DNA of 64,000 nucleotides from a bacterium (GTDB lineage Bacteria > Krumholzibacteriota > Krumholzibacteriia > G020349025): NCBI GenBank assembly GCA_031362565.1, contig JANLSU010000058.1, positions 32,001-96,000 on the forward strand, written 5' to 3'. The position numbers were made by a program, and so were the translations under genes. Every line of letters begins with the position of its first letter. The first letter of the stretch is position 1. Below are positions 56,179-64,000 of the stretch, one piece after another. The notes under the pieces were generated by a model. The model was not told the DNA's origin. It did no database searches and saw only the letters and a program-made list of their open reading frames with translations.

Positions 56179-57270
56179 GTGGGTGAAGCCGCATACAACG
56201 CCGCGGTCGTGCGGCCGCTGTCGCGCTGGCTCAAGCTCGCCGGCTCCCACGAGCCGTTCAAGTTGCCGCTCGTCGGGCCCGATGGCGGGCGCGTTCTGTT
56301 CGTGCAGGATGGTGAACTCACCGATCTGCTGTTTGCTGCGCCCTTGATCGCGGCGCTGCGCCGTACCTACCCGCGCTGCCGCATCAGCGCTCTGGTGCGC
56401 GAGGATGCGAGCGAACTCATTCGCCACCATCCGGACGTGCAGGATCTGCTCATCTACAACCCGGTGCGGATGCGCCTGACTTCGCCCAGCTACTTCAAGC
56501 TGGCGCGGAAACTCCGCAGGCAGGGCTTCGACATGGTCATCCACATGGGCGAGGCGCCGGATCCGCCGTATCAGTTGCTCGGCTATTTGTGCGGCGCACC
56601 GGTGCGCGTCGGCCCCGAAAGCGATCGCGGCTATCCGTATGTGAACTGCGAGTTGCGGTGGAATTCCGAGCGTTCCGGCTATGAAGGCCGGCGGCTCGGC
56701 GAAGTGGCCGGACTGATGGGCGTGCAGTTGCCCACCGACTGGCGTTCGACGCTGCTCACCGATCAGGACGTGCGCTTCGCGCGCCAGCTCGTGCACTTCC
56801 GCAAGCCGCGCAAGGATCAGATCCTCATCGGGGTCGATCCGGGCAAAGGCAAGTGCAACACGCGGGTCACCGATCGCACCCTCGCATACCTGCTCGGGGT
56901 GGTGTACCAGCAGTACCGTGCGAAGGTCGTGGTCTTAGGAACCCCCGAGGAGGACGAGACGGCGACCCGGTTCGAGCAAGAACTGAAGTGCGAACGGATG
57001 GAGCTGCCGCGGCACAACGTCAAGGATACCGTGGCACTGCTGACGCAATGCGATCTGTTCGTGTCGGGCAACACGAATCTCTTCCACTTCGCTGCCGCCT
57101 TCGGCGTGCCCACGGTGGGGCTGTTCACCGAACGTGACGATCCCAAGTGGTTGCCGCCGGCGCAGCCGCATGTGGCGATCGTCCAGGGCCGCAAGGGCGA
57201 AAAGCAGTCCACCGCACAGTTCCTCGCCTTGGTGGAGCGGCTTTTGTCGCTGCCGCCGCGCGCCATCTAG
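56179..57270 (+). CDS. Glycosyltransferase family 9 protein (divergent)
   Basis: GELTDLLFAAPLIAALRRTYP, CDLFVSGNTNLFHFAAAFGVPTVGLF. Confidence 0.8.
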   Translation: MGEAAYNAAVVRPLSRWLKLAGSHEPFKLPLVGPDGGRVLFVQDGELTDLLFAAPLIAALRRTYPRCRISALVREDASELIRHHPDVQDLLIYNPVRMRLTSPSYFKLARKLRRQGFDMVIHMGEAPDPPYQLLGYLCGAPVRVGPESDRGYPYVNCELRWNSERSGYEGRRLGEVAGLMGVQLPTDWRSTLLTDQDVRFARQLVHFRKPRKDQILIGVDPGKGKCNTRVTDRTLAYLLGVVYQQYRAKVVVLGTPEEDETATRFEQELKCERMELPRHNVKDTVALLTQCDLFVSGNTNLFHFAAAFGVPTVGLFTERDDPKWLPPAQPHVAIVQGRKGEKQSTAQFLALVERLLSLPPRAI

Positions 57271-57336
57271 CGCTCCCGGCACCGCGCCGCGAGGGGCCTG
57301 GCCCATACCGCGACGAGCGGCTATGCTGGCAGCCGA

Positions 57337-59229
57337 ATGGCGACGCTCCTGCGCATGCTCCGATACTTGCGGCCGTACTGGCGCCGCGCCGTTCTCAACG
57401 CGGTGTGTATCGCGGTGTTTGCGCTGCTTTCCGGCCTCTCCGTCGTGTCCGTCGGCCCCTTCATCCGGATTCTCTTCGAAGGACAAACGGCGCACGTGGC
57501 CGCACCGGCCGGAGCGCCGGCCCCCGGGCTCGCGGCACCGGTCCCAACGCCGTCCGTGGCCCCGGCCGCGGCGCCGGCTGCACGCTTTGGACGCTGGTCG
57601 GCGGCGGCGCGGGAGCTGCGCGCCCGGGGCGAACAGTGGGTCCAGACCTGGTTCCTACAGGTCGACCGCGTCGTAGCGCTGAAGCGTTTCTGTCTCGTGG
57701 TTCTCGCTCTCTTCGTGCTCAAGAACATTTTCGACTACCTGCAGACCTATTTGACCGCATCTCTCGAGCAGCGGGCGCTCCACGACGTGCGGCGCGACCT
57801 GTACGAGCATATTTCCGAACTGCCGCTCGGCGCCTTCGTGCAGCAGCGCGCCGGGGCCTTCATCGCCCCGCTCGTCAACGACGTGGCTCTCATGCGGGCC
57901 GCAGTCGTTGGCGGCGCCGCGAGCCTCTTCCGCAATACGATCATGATCGTTCTGGCACTGCTGATCATCGTCGCGGCGTCGTGGAAACTGGCGCTGGTCG
58001 CGATCTTGGTGTTGCCTCCGAACGGCATCTTGATCGCCAGGCTTGGCCGCCGCCTGCGGCGTACGAGCACCCGCGCTCAAGAACGCATGGCGGAAATGAC
58101 CAGCATCGTCCAGGAAACCGTTTCGGGGGCCCGCGTCGTCAAGGCGTTTGGCATGCACGGGTTCGAACAACGGCGGTTTGCGGCTTTCAACTGGGGTTAC
58201 TACAAAGATTCGCTACGCGCCCGGCGGCTCGGAGCGGTGGCGTCGCCGATTGCGGAGTTGCTGGCGACATCGGCCATCGTGGCGATCTTCTGGACCGGCG
58301 GCAGCCTGGTTTTGAAGGGCGAGTTGCGCCCCGACAAACTCTTCTTGTTCGTGACGGCGATGCTGTGGCTGACCGAACCCATCAAGGCACTGATCGCGCT
58401 CAACAGCGCTTTGCAAGAAGGCATCGCCGCCGGCCAGCGGGTGTTCGCCGTCCTCGATCAGCCCACCGAAGCGCGGCGCACGAGCGGCCGGGTGGCGCAC
58501 TTCGAGCGTGAACTGCGGTTCGAGAATGTCACCTTCGGCTATGACCCCAGCCGGCCGGTGCTGCGCGATCTGGATCTCGTGGTGCATCCGGGCGAGATCG
58601 TCGCCCTGGTCGGCCCGAGCGGCGCGGGGAAGTCGACCTTCGTCGACCTCATCCCGCGTTTCTACGACGTCGAGTCGGGACGCATTTCGCTCGACGGGAT
58701 CGACGTGCGCGAATTGTCGCTCGATTCACTGCGCGGCCTGCTGGGCATCGTCACGCAGGAAGTCATCCTGTTCAACGATACGGTGCGTGCCAACATCGCC
58801 TACGGGACCCCCGACGTGCCGTTCGAGCGCCTCGAGGCGGCGGCGCGGGCCGCCAACGCGCACGATTTTATCAGCCGTTTCCCGCTGGGCTACGACACTC
58901 GCATCGGCGAACGTGGCGTCGCACTCTCCGGTGGTGAGCGCCAGCGCTTGTCGATCGCCCGGGCCATCCTGCGCGATCCGCAAATTCTCATTTTCGACGA
59001 AGCCACTTCGTCCCTGGACTCCGAGAGTGAACAATTGGTGCAAGAAGCCATCGACCGCCTCATGCACCGCCGCACGGCTTTCGTCGTCGCCCACCGTCTG
59101 TCGACGATTCAGCATGCGGACACTATTTTGGTGATCGACAACGGCCGGATTGTCGAGCGCGGCTCGCACCGCGAACTGTTGGCTGCGGCCGGCACGTATG
59201 CGAAACTTCATGGCTATCAGTTCCGCTGA
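57337..59229 (+). CDS. msbA: MsbA-like ABC exporter (lipid A flippase candidate)
   Basis: TM domain plus GPSGAGKST, LSGGERQR, DEATSSLD, VAHRLST; LPS gene context. Confidence 0.85.
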   Translation: MATLLRMLRYLRPYWRRAVLNAVCIAVFALLSGLSVVSVGPFIRILFEGQTAHVAAPAGAPAPGLAAPVPTPSVAPAAAPAARFGRWSAAARELRARGEQWVQTWFLQVDRVVALKRFCLVVLALFVLKNIFDYLQTYLTASLEQRALHDVRRDLYEHISELPLGAFVQQRAGAFIAPLVNDVALMRAAVVGGAASLFRNTIMIVLALLIIVAASWKLALVAILVLPPNGILIARLGRRLRRTSTRAQERMAEMTSIVQETVSGARVVKAFGMHGFEQRRFAAFNWGYYKDSLRARRLGAVASPIAELLATSAIVAIFWTGGSLVLKGELRPDKLFLFVTAMLWLTEPIKALIALNSALQEGIAAGQRVFAVLDQPTEARRTSGRVAHFERELRFENVTFGYDPSRPVLRDLDLVVHPGEIVALVGPSGAGKSTFVDLIPRFYDVESGRISLDGIDVRELSLDSLRGLLGIVTQEVILFNDTVRANIAYGTPDVPFERLEAAARAANAHDFISRFPLGYDTRIGERGVALSGGERQRLSIARAILRDPQILIFDEATSSLDSESEQLVQEAIDRLMHRRTAFVVAHRLSTIQHADTILVIDNGRIVERGSHRELLAAAGTYAKLHGYQFR

Positions 59230-60250
59230 CCCGCGCCTGTTGTGCGTGGCGCCCAGTTGGCTCGGCGACGCGGTCATGGCACGCGCTGCGGTGGCGCGCT
59301 TGGGGCTCGCGGGCTGCAGCGTCGATCTTTGGGCGCGCGGCGCCCTCGGTCGCTTGTTCGAGGATTTGCCCGGCGTCGGCGCGGTTCTGCCGATGCCGGT
59401 GGCACGTACCGCGCGCTTCAGACGCGCCTGGCGTTTGCGCTGCCCGCCCTATGATGCGGTGCTCGTATTGCCACCGTCGTGGTCGGCGGCGTGTGCGGCG
59501 GCGTGTACTGGCGCCCGTGTTCGGGTCGGATTCGCGGCGCTCGCGAGCCGCGGCTTCTTGACGCATGCGGTGCCGTCGCCCGGACGGACGGTGCATCTCG
59601 CAACGCAGTATGAGGCGCTCGCTACCGCGACACTCGGCGCACTCGGCACCGCGGTACCGACGGCGGCAGCCGCCGTGCTGGCGTTGGTGGAACGTGGCCC
59701 GGAGCGCGATGCGGCGGTCGCGGTGCGGCAGGCCCGCGGCATCGGTGGATCTTATGCGGTGCTCGCGCCCGGGGCGCGCTACGGGCCCGCGAAGCGCTGG
59801 CCCGCTGAGTCGTTTGCACGTGCCGCAGCACTTTTGCGCGACCAGTGCGGGTACACGATTGTTCTGGCCGGCGACGGCAGCGATGTTGCGGCGACCCGCG
59901 CCGTGCAGCGCTTGGATCCCGGCAGTATCGACCTGGCCGGAACAACCTCGTTGGCCGCATTTCTCGGCTTGCTGGCGGGAGCCGCCGGGGTGATTGCCAA
60001 CGACAGTGGGACGATGCACGTTGCGGCGGCACTGGGACGACCCGTCGTCGGGGTGTTCGGTTCGACGGACCCGCGCTGGACGGCACCCCACGGACGACGC
60101 GCCGCGTGGGTCGCCGAACCACCGTGGTGCGCGCCGTGTTTCGCACCCACGTGCCGCGAAGACTTTGCCTGCATGTTGCGGATCACGCCGGAACGGGTGG
60201 TGGAATTGCTGCTCACCACCGCGTCCTTGCCTGGGACGGCGGCGTCATGA
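59210..60250 (+). CDS. waaF: LPS heptosyltransferase II (WaaF-like, GT9)
   Basis: PSWLGDAVMA, APGARYGPAKRWP, DLAGTTSL, ANDSGTMHVAAALG, CAPCF..TC....C. Confidence 0.85.
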   Translation: MAISSADPRLLCVAPSWLGDAVMARAAVARLGLAGCSVDLWARGALGRLFEDLPGVGAVLPMPVARTARFRRAWRLRCPPYDAVLVLPPSWSAACAAACTGARVRVGFAALASRGFLTHAVPSPGRTVHLATQYEALATATLGALGTAVPTAAAAVLALVERGPERDAAVAVRQARGIGGSYAVLAPGARYGPAKRWPAESFARAAALLRDQCGYTIVLAGDGSDVAATRAVQRLDPGSIDLAGTTSLAAFLGLLAGAAGVIANDSGTMHVAAALGRPVVGVFGSTDPRWTAPHGRRAAWVAEPPWCAPCFAPTCREDFACMLRITPERVVELLLTTASLPGTAAS

Positions 60251-61290
60251 GCGCCGGCGCTTTCGGCCCGGGCCCCGAGCCGCCGGTGGGGGCCCGCATC
60301 CTCGTCTCGCGGCTGCGGTTCTTGGGCGACATCATTCTGTCGTTGCCGCTGCTCCGCGCGCTGCGCGCCGCACGCCCGGATGTCGAGATTCACTACCTCG
60401 CGGAAGCGCCGGGGTTGGAACTCTTGCGCACCCAACCCGAAGTCGACGTGCGGTGGCAAGCGCCACACGGCTTCGATGCGGGGCTCGTGTGTGCGCGCGC
60501 TCTGCATGCCCAACACTTCGCCGCCGCCATCGACCTGTTCTGCAATCCGCGCAGCGCGTTGTTGATTCGCGCCACCGGAGCGCCGATTCGCATCGGCGAG
60601 GATCGCCGCATCCGGCGTCACGCCTACACGCTGGCGCGCCACCTCGTGCCGGGCAAGAGTGCTATCGAACAGCATCTCGATGCGCTCGGCGGTTTGGGGA
60701 TCGCGCCGCCGCCGCCGACCTGCCCAGTCCTCGAACTCGGGGCCGAGACGCGCGCCGCCGGCATCGCGCGGTGGCGTGAACGCGCCGGAACGCCCGCGGT
60801 CTTGGTGCACCTCGGCGCGACGCAGGTCGCGAAGGAGTGGCCCGAGGCGCCTGCCACGGACTTCGTGCGGGCGGTCGAAGCGGAGTTTGGCGCGGTGCTT
60901 TCCACCGCTCCGAATCGTCCGGCGCCGAGTGCGGCGGTGGCGCGTGCCGTGCCCGGCGTACGGCTTCTGCCGCCGGCCGGGCTGCGCGAATTCTTGGGTC
61001 TGGTCGCCGCGGCGCGCGCGGTCGTTACCGTGGATGGAGCGGTGGCCCATGCTGCGGTGGCGCTCGGACGGCCGACGGTGGCACTCTTCGGGCCGACCGA
61101 TCCGGCGGTGTGGTTTCCGTACGCGGCGTTCGGCCCGTATCGCGTCGTACACGCCCGAACGCGTTGCGAAGCTTGTGCCGGTGGCACCGGCGCGCACGAT
61201 TGCATGGGCGCCATCAGCGTCGAATCCGTGCTCGCGGCGTTGCGGGCGGTCGTGCGGCAAGGAAGCGAGGTGCCATGGGACGAACCGTAG
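60247..61290 (+). CDS. Glycosyltransferase family 9 protein
   Basis: RLRFLGDIILSLP, HLGAT..KEWP, DGAVAHAAVALG.PTVALFGPT. Confidence 0.88.
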   Translation: MSAGAFGPGPEPPVGARILVSRLRFLGDIILSLPLLRALRAARPDVEIHYLAEAPGLELLRTQPEVDVRWQAPHGFDAGLVCARALHAQHFAAAIDLFCNPRSALLIRATGAPIRIGEDRRIRRHAYTLARHLVPGKSAIEQHLDALGGLGIAPPPPTCPVLELGAETRAAGIARWRERAGTPAVLVHLGATQVAKEWPEAPATDFVRAVEAEFGAVLSTAPNRPAPSAAVARAVPGVRLLPPAGLREFLGLVAAARAVVTVDGAVAHAAVALGRPTVALFGPTDPAVWFPYAAFGPYRVVHARTRCEACAGGTGAHDCMGAISVESVLAALRAVVRQGSEVPWDEP

Positions 61291-62342
61291 GTCCGGAACG
61301 CATTTTGGTTCTGCGCCCACGGGCGCTCGGCGACGTGTTGCTCGCGACACCGGTGTTCCGGGCGTTCAAGCGCGCCTATCCGAACACCGAGCTGCATGTC
61401 GCGGTCGACGATGTGCTCCTGCCGCTCGTGCAACGCAATCCGCACATCGACCGGTTGTGGGCCATGCCGCGCCGGCGGCCGCGCCGCGGACGCGATTGGC
61501 TGCGCCTGTACGCCGGGCTCCGCCGGGCGCGATTCGATCTGGTCCTCGACCTGCACGGCTCGCCGCGCACCGCATTCTTGGCTTGGTGGACCGGCGCACC
61601 GGTGCGGGTCGGCTATGCGCTGCGCGGCCGCGGCCGCTTCTATTCCGTCCGCGTGCCTCGTGACACCGATCGCCACGGCCGGCGCCGCGCCCTCTATGCC
61701 GCCCAGAACAATCTGGAGATTCTGGCGCGTTGCGGTGTGCCCGCCCCTTGCCTGACGGACGTGACGCTGGAATTCACGCCCGATCCGGTGGTCGAAACCA
61801 GCGTCGAGGCGTGGTTCACGGCGCTGGTTCCCGGGCGGCCGCGAGTCGGCCTCTCCGCGCCGGGCACCTGGCAAGCGAAGACCTATCCCGTCGAACGGTG
61901 GGCGGCAGTTGCCGATGGGCTGGCGAGTGCCGGTTGTGCCGTCGTGTTGTTGTGGGGCCCGGGTGAACACGCCATCGCCGTCGAGGTGCAGCGCCACATG
62001 CGACAGCCGGCCGTTCTCTTGCCGCCGACCGGCATCGATGCAGCGGCGGCGGTCGTGGCGCGGCTTGATCTCGTCGTCTGCAACGATTCGGGAATCAAAC
62101 ACGTCGCGGTGGCACGAGGCACTCCGACTCTGACGCTCTACGGACCCACGAATCCGGCGGCTTGGAGTCCACCCGCCGGCCCGCACGCCGGCTTGCGCGC
62201 CGGCGTGCCTTGCTTGGCGTGCAACCGGACGCAATGCATCCACCACATTTGTATGCGCCTCTTGTCGCCCGATGCCGTGATTCGCCGGGCGCTCGAGATT
62301 GTGACGCCGCCGGGCGCCGCGGAGGCGCCATGCGGATCGTGA
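61275..62342 (+). CDS. Glycosyltransferase family 9 protein
   Basis: RALGDVLLATP, DLHG, NDSGIKHVAVA.G.PT.TLYGPT, CLAC...QC....CM. Confidence 0.88.
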   Translation: MGRTVGPERILVLRPRALGDVLLATPVFRAFKRAYPNTELHVAVDDVLLPLVQRNPHIDRLWAMPRRRPRRGRDWLRLYAGLRRARFDLVLDLHGSPRTAFLAWWTGAPVRVGYALRGRGRFYSVRVPRDTDRHGRRRALYAAQNNLEILARCGVPAPCLTDVTLEFTPDPVVETSVEAWFTALVPGRPRVGLSAPGTWQAKTYPVERWAAVADGLASAGCAVVLLWGPGEHAIAVEVQRHMRQPAVLLPPTGIDAAAAVVARLDLVVCNDSGIKHVAVARGTPTLTLYGPTNPAAWSPPAGPHAGLRAGVPCLACNRTQCIHHICMRLLSPDAVIRRALEIVTPPGAAEAPCGS

Positions 62343-63403
62343 TGTTCGGCGCCTACGATCCCGAGTACGCGCGCAATCGCGTCCTGCGTCTCGGCCTCGG
62401 GCGTCTCGGTGTCGACGTCCAGGAATGTCGCGCGCCGCCGCGAGCGCGCTTTGTGCGGCGGAGCGCGACGCTCGGCTGGCGGGTGCGGCGGGTCCTACCC
62501 GCCACCGCGTTCTTGGTGCCGGAATTCCGCCACAAGGATGTGCCGCTTGCCCGCCTCATCGCGACTCTCAACGGCACGGCGCTCGTTGTCGATCCGCTCG
62601 TGTCACGTTACGACACCAAGGTGGGTGACTGGGGAACGACCGCCGCCCACGCGCTGCAAGCCGGTCACAACCAGCGCATCGACCGTGCAGCTCTGGCCTT
62701 CGCAGATCTGGTTCTGTGTGACACCCAAGCGCACGCCGAGTACTACCAAACCGCCTATCGTGTCCGCCCCGATCGCTGCGCCGTCGTTCCGGTCGGATTC
62801 GACGACACGGTCTTTGCCCCGATCCCCGAACCGCCGCCGGGGCCCTTTCGGGTTGCATTCTTCGGTTCGTACTTGCCGTTGCACGGCATCGACACGATCG
62901 TTGCGGCGGCGATTCGGCTCGCGGCGGAAGGCGTGCAGTTTCTGTTGGTCGGCCAGGGACAAACATTCGGACACGTTGAGGCGGCGCGCGCCGCCGGCCT
63001 GACGGTCGAGGTTTCGGCGCCGCTCGCGCCGCCGGCTCTGGTCGAGCGGCTCCGGACCGCACATGTTCTCCTCGGAGTCTTCGGGACTAGCGCCAAGGTA
63101 GCGCGCGTCGTGCCGAACAAGGTGTACCAGGGGTTGGCGCTCGGACGCGCCATGGTGACCGCCGATACGCCGGCGCTGCGCGAGTTCTTCACTCCGGGCG
63201 AGCATTTGCTGGCGGTGCGGCCCGGGGACCCCGAAGCGCTGGTGGACGCGATCCGGCGCCTGCGCGACGACACGGCGCTCCGGCTCCGGCTTGGAGCCAC
63301 GGCGGCGCGCTATGTCCACGCGTCTTTCAATCCGCGCACCGTCGCGCGCCGGCTGATCGCCGCCGGGCACCACGTCTTGGGCTGGGAGGACATCGGAGGA
63401 TGA
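62330..63403 (+). CDS. Glycosyltransferase family 4 (group 1) protein
   Basis: YARNRV, FFGSYLPLHG, LGVFGTSAK..RVVPNKVYQGLA. Confidence 0.88.
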   Translation: MRIVMFGAYDPEYARNRVLRLGLGRLGVDVQECRAPPRARFVRRSATLGWRVRRVLPATAFLVPEFRHKDVPLARLIATLNGTALVVDPLVSRYDTKVGDWGTTAAHALQAGHNQRIDRAALAFADLVLCDTQAHAEYYQTAYRVRPDRCAVVPVGFDDTVFAPIPEPPPGPFRVAFFGSYLPLHGIDTIVAAAIRLAAEGVQFLLVGQGQTFGHVEAARAAGLTVEVSAPLAPPALVERLRTAHVLLGVFGTSAKVARVVPNKVYQGLALGRAMVTADTPALREFFTPGEHLLAVRPGDPEALVDAIRRLRDDTALRLRLGATAARYVHASFNPRTVARRLIAAGHHVLGWEDIGG

Positions 63404-64000
63404 TGGATCGCGCCGCATGGTCGAACAGGCTCGAACGCGTTCTCGTCCTCTTCGTGTGGGCCATCCCGCTCACCATCGCTTGGACCGTCGCCGGGGTGCA
63501 TATCGCCATCGGGATCGCCAGCGCGGCAGCGATCGCCCTCGCCATCGTGTCGCGGCGCTGGCCCTTCGCGCGTACCACGGCCGATGCCGCGATGATCGCT
63601 CTCAGTCTCGCCTACGGGCTCGCCGCCGTCGCGAGCGACGATCGCGCCGGGAGCGTTTACACGCTGCGCAAACTCTTGCTCTTCGTGGTCATCTTTTTGA
63701 CCGCCCGGGCGGCGCGAACGCCGCACCGGTTGCGTTGGTGCTTGCGCCTTTGGGTCGGCGGGATCGCGCTCACCGCGCTGGTGGCGATCCTGCATTTCGG
63801 GATCGCGCGCGCCGGGCTCGATGCGCGCTTGCACAGCACCGGGCACTACATGACCTTCGCCGGCCTGTTGCTCTTCGCGACGCCGTCGTGTGCGGTCGCG
63901 GCGTGGCTGGCGCGTGGGTGGCGCCGTTGGCTGTATGGTGCGGCGCTTGCGGTGTTGGGTGGCGCGCTGCTTTTGTCCTTCACGCGCGGCGCGTGGCTCG
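63403..64000 (+). CDS. O-antigen ligase family protein (partial, runs off the window)
   Basis: Multiple TM helices, RLHSTGHYMTFAGLL, LLLSFTRGAWL; ATGATG overlap with upstream stop. Confidence 0.8.
   Translation, partial: MDRAAWSNRLERVLVLFVWAIPLTIAWTVAGVHIAIGIASAAAIALAIVSRRWPFARTTADAAMIALSLAYGLAAVASDDRAGSVYTLRKLLLFVVIFLTARAARTPHRLRWCLRLWVGGIALTALVAILHFGIARAGLDARLHSTGHYMTFAGLLLFATPSCAVAAWLARGWRRWLYGAALAVLGGALLLSFTRGAWL

Noticed and set aside
53368..56796. 1142-aa minus-strand ORF
   Set aside because: Antisense shadow of lon and the GT9 gene
1..64000. tRNA, rRNA, SRP RNA, CRISPR arrays, IS or integrase genes, CIRCE and CtsR boxes
   Set aside because: None recognised by eye; intergenic gaps are short and lack the signatures. 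An Infernal/tRNAscan run would be needed to exclude them formally

Overview
64-kb, very GC-rich bacterial core-genome region, almost entirely coding on the + strand. It comes from an LPS-containing (diderm) organism. The fused LpxC-FabZ, the mcsA-mcsB-clpC block between lolD and bamA, the bacillithiol genes and a FlgD-Ig-tailed peptidase suggest an FCB-related lineage such as Latescibacterota/Krumholzibacteriota/Eisenbacteria (inference only). Gene order: ECF sigma and anti-sigma, aroB, TPR, aroQ, accB-pilT-accC, ftsK, rimO, bamD, nadD, polA, coaE, prfB (+1 frameshift), lysS, lolE/D, mcsAB-clpC, bamA-skp-lpxD-lpxC/fabZ-lpxA-oxidoreductase-lpxB-(DUF374/LpxK fusion), nadB, methyltransferase-bshC-bshB1-bshA, an outer-membrane barrel, PDZ protein, HNH, panE, M36/M4 peptidase, add, lon, msbA and an LPS-core glycosyltransferase cluster. 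The best hidden signal is a selenocysteine lipoprotein that the ORF track truncates (43956-44951). It has an in-frame UGA in an EPCG-U motif, a clean SECIS hairpin, its own near-consensus promoter, RBS and lipobox, and it sits directly after a candidate N-methyl-bacillithiol operon. Other notable items are an LpxJ-like/LpxK fusion, a lone sigma54-type lipoprotein gene, pilT splitting accB-accC, and an apparently leaderless accC. I saw no tRNA, rRNA, CRISPR array or mobile element. All product calls are from motif recognition, not database searches.
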